Assembly: GCA_049840735.1 (NCBI GenBank) | Contig: JASGJN010000023.1 | Span: forward strand, 128,001 to 192,000 | DNA from: Anaeromyxobacter sp. | GTDB lineage: Bacteria > Myxococcota > Myxococcia > Myxococcales > Anaeromyxobacteraceae | DNA: 64,000 nucleotides | Direction: 5' to 3' | Notes under the pieces: generated by a model | Told to the model about the DNA's origin: nothing | Databases searched by the model: none | Seen by the model: the letters and a program-made list of their open reading frames with translations, nothing else | Part shown: positions 59,369 to 64,000 of the stretch, piece after piece | Layout of the letters: each line of letters starts with the position of its first letter | Numbering within the stretch: position 1 is the first letter of the stretch | Position numbers and translations under genes: made by a program

Positions 59369-59706
59369 TCGCCCAGGGTGACGTCTGCTGGGCCGACCTC
59401 CCGGACCCGGTGGGCTCCGGGCCGGGGTTCCGGAGGCCGGTCCTGGTCGTCCAGGGGGACGCCTTCAACCGGAGCCGGGTGGCAACGGTCGTCTGCGTGC
59501 CGCTCACGAGCAATCTCAAGTGGTCCGAGGCTCCCGGAAACGTGGAGCTTCCAGCCAGGAGCACGGGGCTGTCGAAGGACTCGGTGGCGAACGTTTCCCG
59601 AATCGTCACCCTCGACCGGGAAGTCCTCACGGAGCGGGTGGGGCGGGTCTCGAGGAAGCAGCTCGAGCTGGTGTTCGCTGGGCTCGACCTCGTCATGGGG
59701 CGGTGA
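59365..59706 (+). CDS. mazF: PemK/MazF family endoribonuclease toxin
   Basis: QGDVCWADL, PGFRRPVLVVQ, VPLTSN, DSVANVS. Confidence 0.88.
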   Translation: MIAQGDVCWADLPDPVGSGPGFRRPVLVVQGDAFNRSRVATVVCVPLTSNLKWSEAPGNVELPARSTGLSKDSVANVSRIVTLDREVLTERVGRVSRKQLELVFAGLDLVMGR

Positions 59707-59821
59707 GGATGGGGAGGGCGCGGTCCGGTGCAGCACCTCCTTGCGACGAGGCGGCGCGCTGTCGGGCCGCGGGGGATGCGAAGCCGTTGCCGCCGAGAAC
59801 GGTCCCGTCTACCCTGGGTCA

Positions 59822-60439
59822 ATGGTCCAGGAGTTCTCGCCGTCCACCAAGCGTGTCATCCGGTTGGTCTTGGTCCTCACCCTGGTCGCAGGTCTCGCCA
59901 TGCTCGGGGTCGCGGCGCGCACGCCGGCCGCGCCCATCGCGCTCTGGGTGTTTGGAGGACTGGGCGTGGTGCTCGGGGGAGGTTTCGTCGTCCAGTGGAT
60001 CCGCTTCAGGATCCGCTTCCCGACGCCCGAGGCGCGGGAGGCCGAGAAGCAGCGGTTCCGGGACGCCAACCGCCCCAAGGTCGAACGGCTCGAGCGCTAC
60101 CTCCTGGCCTTGCGCGCGGTGGACGACAAGCGGGCCATCCTCGGGGCAGGCTTCGAGTCGACGGCGATCGTCACGTTGATGGCGGACGCGGAGTCGAACG
60201 CCGAGTTCCCGGCCCTCGTCTACCTCGAGCTGTCCGTCGCCGGCCAGGAGGGCGCCCGCTACACCGTGCGGACGGGCGAGTACCTGACCCCGGCGTCGGT
60301 GGGGGCCGTCGCGCCGGGGCGGGAGCTGGTGGTGAAGGTCGATCCGCAGGACCCCGCGCGCGTCGCGGTGGACTGGGCTGCCTCGCTCCGCCTGCGCGAG
60401 CCCGCCGCGGGGCAGGTGTCGTGCCCGCTGCCGGGGTGA
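59822..60439 (+). CDS. Hypothetical membrane protein (two TM helices plus an OB-like domain)
   Basis: Two hydrophobic helices, then the PGRELVVKVDPQDP pattern. Confidence 0.6.
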   Translation: MVQEFSPSTKRVIRLVLVLTLVAGLAMLGVAARTPAAPIALWVFGGLGVVLGGGFVVQWIRFRIRFPTPEAREAEKQRFRDANRPKVERLERYLLALRAVDDKRAILGAGFESTAIVTLMADAESNAEFPALVYLELSVAGQEGARYTVRTGEYLTPASVGAVAPGRELVVKVDPQDPARVAVDWAASLRLREPAAGQVSCPLPG

Positions 60440-60462
60440 AGGAAGCTGGAGCGTCCGTTCGA

Positions 60463-61242
60463 TCAGAACAGCGTGTCCGCCAGCTTGGCCGACCCGGTGG
60501 CCTTCTCTGTGGTGAGCCGGAGCAGCAGGGCGTCCGCCTGCCAGACCTCGGCGGCGCGGGGGAACCAGTCGCCGCCGGTGGGCGCGCCCCAGCCCAGGAA
60601 GCGCGTGTCGAGCAGCGCGCCGCCTTCCGTGGCCACGAGGCGCATGGGCTGGCCGGCCAGCTTCTCGGTCTTCTCGATGAAGGCCAGCGGGTGCGGCTCC
60701 TTCTCGCGGCCGCCCAGCACCCAGGCCAGCTTGCCGTCGAAGCGGCCCAGCGTGACGTCCGCCACCCTCACCCCGCGCCGGCCCAGGGCCGCGGCGTAGG
60801 TGCCCGAGGCGTCGCCCGCGGTGGAGGTCGCGAGGAAGGTGCAGGCGGCGCGGAGCAGCGCCGTGGCGGCTGGGATGCCGTCCAGGCCGCCCTTGGCGGA
60901 GAGCTTGCCGTCGCGCAGCGAGACGAAGGGGCGGTCCGCCTCGGCCACGCCCGGCGGCGCCAGCTCCAGCCGGCAGCGGCCGGGGACCTTCATGAGGAAG
61001 CGGGCCGGGACGCTCACCGTCCCGGCCGGCGTGCGCGTCAGCGTGGAGGGGAGCTTCTCCGCCGCGGCGCCCTGCGCCTCCAGCGTGCCGTTCACCTCCA
61101 GCACCTCCACGCCGGCGGCGGCGCGCCGCTCGCCCATGGCCTTCAGGATCGTCGAGGCGGGCGGGATGTAGGCCAGCGCGGGGGGCGCGGCCAGGAGCGC
61201 GGCGGCGAGGGAGAGGCGGCGCAGGGTGCGGGAAGGGCTCAT
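60463..61242 (-). CDS. Exported hypothetical protein, possibly LolA-like fold
   Basis: Signal peptide ending ALA, beta-rich body, GC3-biased codons. Confidence 0.6.
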   Translation of the reverse strand: MSPSRTLRRLSLAAALLAAPPALAYIPPASTILKAMGERRAAAGVEVLEVNGTLEAQGAAAEKLPSTLTRTPAGTVSVPARFLMKVPGRCRLELAPPGVAEADRPFVSLRDGKLSAKGGLDGIPAATALLRAACTFLATSTAGDASGTYAAALGRRGVRVADVTLGRFDGKLAWVLGGREKEPHPLAFIEKTEKLAGQPMRLVATEGGALLDTRFLGWGAPTGGDWFPRAAEVWQADALLLRLTTEKATGSAKLADTLF

Positions 61243-61365
61243 GGGAGCGCCAGCCTAGCCGCGGGGGCCAGGGCTGCAAAGCGATTCGACCGGGTCCCCG
61301 GCCCGGCGCTCCCGCGCCGGGTCGCCTTCCTTGCCCGGGGGGCAGGCGGCCCGTATCCTCGCGAG

Positions 61366-62250
61366 GTGCGCACCCTCCTGACCTGCCTGCTCGCAGGCCT
61401 GCTGCTCCCGGCCGCGGCGCTGGCCGCCGACGTCGTCCCGCCGCCCCTCGGCATCCCGGAGCTCAACGGGCCCCGCAGCCTGGCCCTGTCCGCCAGCGTG
61501 GGCCTGGCCGGCGGGCTGGAGTCGCTGGCGTCCAACCCCGGCGCCCTGGCCGCGCGGCGGCGCTACGTCGGGAGCGCGCTCTACCTGAGCGACCTGCGTC
61601 CCACGCCCACCGGCGGCGAGGACCCCGACGGCCAGTACTTCGGCGGCGGCGTGCTCGACTCCGTCTCCACGCCCATGGCCGTGGGGGTGAACTACCTCCG
61701 CGCGCAGCAGGGGATCTACGAGGGGAACATCTACGCCATGGGGTTCGCCCTGCCGATGGCGAACCAGCTCTACGTGGGCGTGGGCGGGCGTTACCTCCAG
61801 CTCGACGGGCCGGAGAAGATCCGCAACTGGACCGCCGACGCCGGCGCGTTCTGGCAGGTCACGCAGCACGTCACGCTGGGCGGCGCCGCCTACAACGTGC
61901 TCTCCACCTACCACGACGCCACCACCCCGCGCGGCTACGGCGCCGGCCTCACCGTCGGCTCCGAGCAGTTCATCCAGCTCACCGGCGACTGGCGCTCGCA
62001 GGAGCTGGACGACGGCACGCACAACCAGCTCGGCGGCGGCCTGGAGCTCCTGCTCGGCAACGCCTACGTGTTCCGCGGCGGTTACCGCCACGACGACGTC
62101 GGCCCCGCGCCCACCCAGCAGTTCTGGTCGGCCGGCGTCGGCTTCGTGACCCAGGCGTTCGCGCTCGACGCCGGCTACCGGCAGAGCCTCGACGTCTCCG
62201 CCGCGAAGACCTTCACGGTGCAGCTGCGCGGGTTCCTCCCGAACGAGTAG
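61366..62250 (+). CDS. Outer-membrane beta-barrel protein of unknown function
   Basis: Signal peptide, GPRSLAL and NPGAL N-terminal motifs, amphipathic strands. Confidence 0.65.
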   Translation: MRTLLTCLLAGLLLPAAALAADVVPPPLGIPELNGPRSLALSASVGLAGGLESLASNPGALAARRRYVGSALYLSDLRPTPTGGEDPDGQYFGGGVLDSVSTPMAVGVNYLRAQQGIYEGNIYAMGFALPMANQLYVGVGGRYLQLDGPEKIRNWTADAGAFWQVTQHVTLGGAAYNVLSTYHDATTPRGYGAGLTVGSEQFIQLTGDWRSQELDDGTHNQLGGGLELLLGNAYVFRGGYRHDDVGPAPTQQFWSAGVGFVTQAFALDAGYRQSLDVSAAKTFTVQLRGFLPNE

Positions 62251-63069
62251 CTAGCGCCGCTCCAGGCTCGGGAACACCACCGCCGCGCCCGTGGCGGCGT
62301 TCTCGCCGCGCCACACCGGGATGCCCCACACCTGCTGCACCCGCTCGGCGGTGAGCACCTCCCCCGGCGCGCCCTCGGCCACCACCTGGCCGTCGGCCAT
62401 CACCACCACGCGGTCGCAGGCGGCCGCGGCCAGGTTCAGGTCGTGCAGCACCGCCAGCACGCACAGGCCGCCGCGCGCCGCCACCTGGGCCATGCGCATG
62501 GCCGCCACCTGGTGGCCCAGGTCGAGGAAGGCGGTGGGCTCGTCCAGCAGCAGCACCCGCGGCTCCTGCGCCAGGGCGCGGGCGAAGAAGACGCGGCGCC
62601 GCTCGCCGCCCGAGAGCGCGTCCAGCCTGCGGTCGGCCAGGTGGGCCAGGTCGCAGGCCTGGAGCGCCCCCTGCACCGCCCCCAGGTCGAGCCGGTCGGG
62701 CACCGCCAGCAGCCCCTGGTGCGGGGCCCGACCCATCATCACCGCCTCACGGACGGTGAACGGCCAGGAGACCCGCGGCTCCTGCGGCACCAGCGCCAGC
62801 ACCTGGGCCACGGTGCGGCGCGAGGTGTGCGCCGGGTCGAGGCCGGCCAGGCGGACCGTGCCGGCCGAGGGCGCCAGCAGGCCGGCCACCAGCCGGATCA
62901 GCGTGGACTTGCCGGCGCCGTTGGGGCCCAAGAGCCCCACGAACTCGCCGGCCCGCGCGGTGAGGGAGGCCTCGCGCAGCGCGTGGGTGGCGCCGTAGCG
63001 GAAGGAGGCCCCCTGCACCGAGACGATGGGGTCGGGCCAGGGCGGGCCGGGCAGCCGGTGCGGGCTCAC
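62251..63069 (-). CDS. Iron-chelate/heme/cobalamin ABC ATPase (FecE/BtuD/HmuV-like)
   Basis: GPNGAGKST, LSGGERRR, LLLDEPTAFLD, LHDLNLA. Confidence 0.88.
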   Translation of the reverse strand: MSPHRLPGPPWPDPIVSVQGASFRYGATHALREASLTARAGEFVGLLGPNGAGKSTLIRLVAGLLAPSAGTVRLAGLDPAHTSRRTVAQVLALVPQEPRVSWPFTVREAVMMGRAPHQGLLAVPDRLDLGAVQGALQACDLAHLADRRLDALSGGERRRVFFARALAQEPRVLLLDEPTAFLDLGHQVAAMRMAQVAARGGLCVLAVLHDLNLAAAACDRVVVMADGQVVAEGAPGEVLTAERVQQVWGIPVWRGENAATGAAVVFPSLERR

Positions 63070-64000
63070 GCGCTCCCCTCCGCGTCCGGCCGGGCCGTGC
63101 GGCGCAGCAGCCAGAGGAAGAACGGGCCGCCCAGGAAGGCGGTCACCGCGCCCACCGGCGGCTCGGTGCCGAGCGGCAGGAAGAGCAGCCGGGCCACGGC
63201 GTCGGCCAGCACCAGGAAGGCGGCGCCGAAGAGGGCCGAGGCGGGCACCAGCAGCCGGTGGTCCGGGCCCACCACGCGCCGCACCAGGTGCGGCACGATC
63301 AGGCCCACGAAGCCCACCATGCCGGCCAGCGCCACCGCCGCGCCGGTGGCGGCGCTGGCGGCGAAGAAGACCCAGGCGCGCGCCCGGCGCACGTCCAGCC
63401 CCAGCGAGGCGGCCTCCTCCTCGCCCAGCGTGAGCAGGTTGAGCTGCGCCGAGAGGAGCGTGAGCGCGCCGGCCGAGAGCCCCACCAGCACCGCGCCGGC
63501 GGCCAGGGTCCCCGGCGTCTCGTAGCCCACCACCCCCAGCAGCCAGTAGGTGAGCCGGGCCGCCTGCTCCGGCGGGGCCAGCATCCGCAGCAGCGTGATC
63601 ACGCCGGCGGCGAAGGCGTTGAAGACGATGCCGACCAGCAGCGCCGCCTCCGGCACCAGCCGGCCGGCGATGCGCCCCAGGCCGAAGACCAGGCCCGTCG
63701 AGGCCACGGCGCCCACCACCGCGCCCAGCGCCACCGGGGGGGCCGAGCCCAGCACCGCGCCGGCGCCGCCGGCCAGCGTGGCCAGCCCGGCCGCGGCCAC
63801 CAGCACCATCGCTCCGCCCAGCGCGGCGCCGCCCGAGACCCCCAGCACGAACGGCTCGGCCAGCGGGTTGCGCAGGAGCGCCTGCAGCGCCGTCCCGGCG
63901 GCGGAGAGCGCGCAGCCGACCAGCGCGGCCAGCACCGCCCGCGGCAGGCGCAGCCCCCAGAGGATGGCCGCGTCCGGATCGACGCCGCGGAACGCCGCGG
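63066..64000 (-). CDS. FecCD/BtuC-family ABC permease (5' end outside the window)
   Basis: LRLPR, QALLRNPLAEP, GFVGLIVPH, VGAVTAFLGGPFF. Confidence 0.88.
   Translation of the reverse strand, partial: AAFRGVDPDAAILWGLRLPRAVLAALVGCALSAAGTALQALLRNPLAEPFVLGVSGGAALGGAMVLVAAAGLATLAGGAGAVLGSAPPVALGAVVGAVASTGLVFGLGRIAGRLVPEAALLVGIVFNAFAAGVITLLRMLAPPEQAARLTYWLLGVVGYETPGTLAAGAVLVGLSAGALTLLSAQLNLLTLGEEEAASLGLDVRRARAWVFFAASAATGAAVALAGMVGFVGLIVPHLVRRVVGPDHRLLVPASALFGAAFLVLADAVARLLFLPLGTEPPVGAVTAFLGGPFFLWLLRRTARPDAEGSA

Overview
Very GC-rich bacterial chromosomal window. Gene content (multiheme cytochromes, three sigma54 activators, a PilZ/coiled-coil giant, REP-like hairpins) points to an Anaeromyxobacter-like Myxococcota (inference). 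In order: a patatin-like gene cut by the left edge and a ROK/polyphosphate glucokinase; an 18 kb sigma54-controlled polyamine-to-GABA-to-succinate catabolic locus with two ABC importers, three class-III aminotransferases, two aldehyde dehydrogenases and a porin; alkaline phosphatase; a 1500 aa PilZ-coiled-coil protein; a nine-heme lipoprotein cytochrome; a respiratory sulfur-oxyanion module next to a divergent sigma54 activator; then housekeeping and signalling genes, a MazF-type toxin-antitoxin pair, and the end of a FecCD/BtuCD ABC operon. The best novelty candidate is the sulfur module: octaheme Otr, a 7-heme/cytochrome b fusion with an EF-hand, YeeE, and a YeeE-rhodanese ending in a SoxY-like GGCG tail. 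About 18 single-base frameshifts break otherwise intact genes. About 12 of them fall in or beside GATC, which suggests methylation-linked long-read miscalls rather than real pseudogenes. No rRNA, tRNA, CRISPR array or transposase was seen. All family calls come from motif recognition, not database searches.
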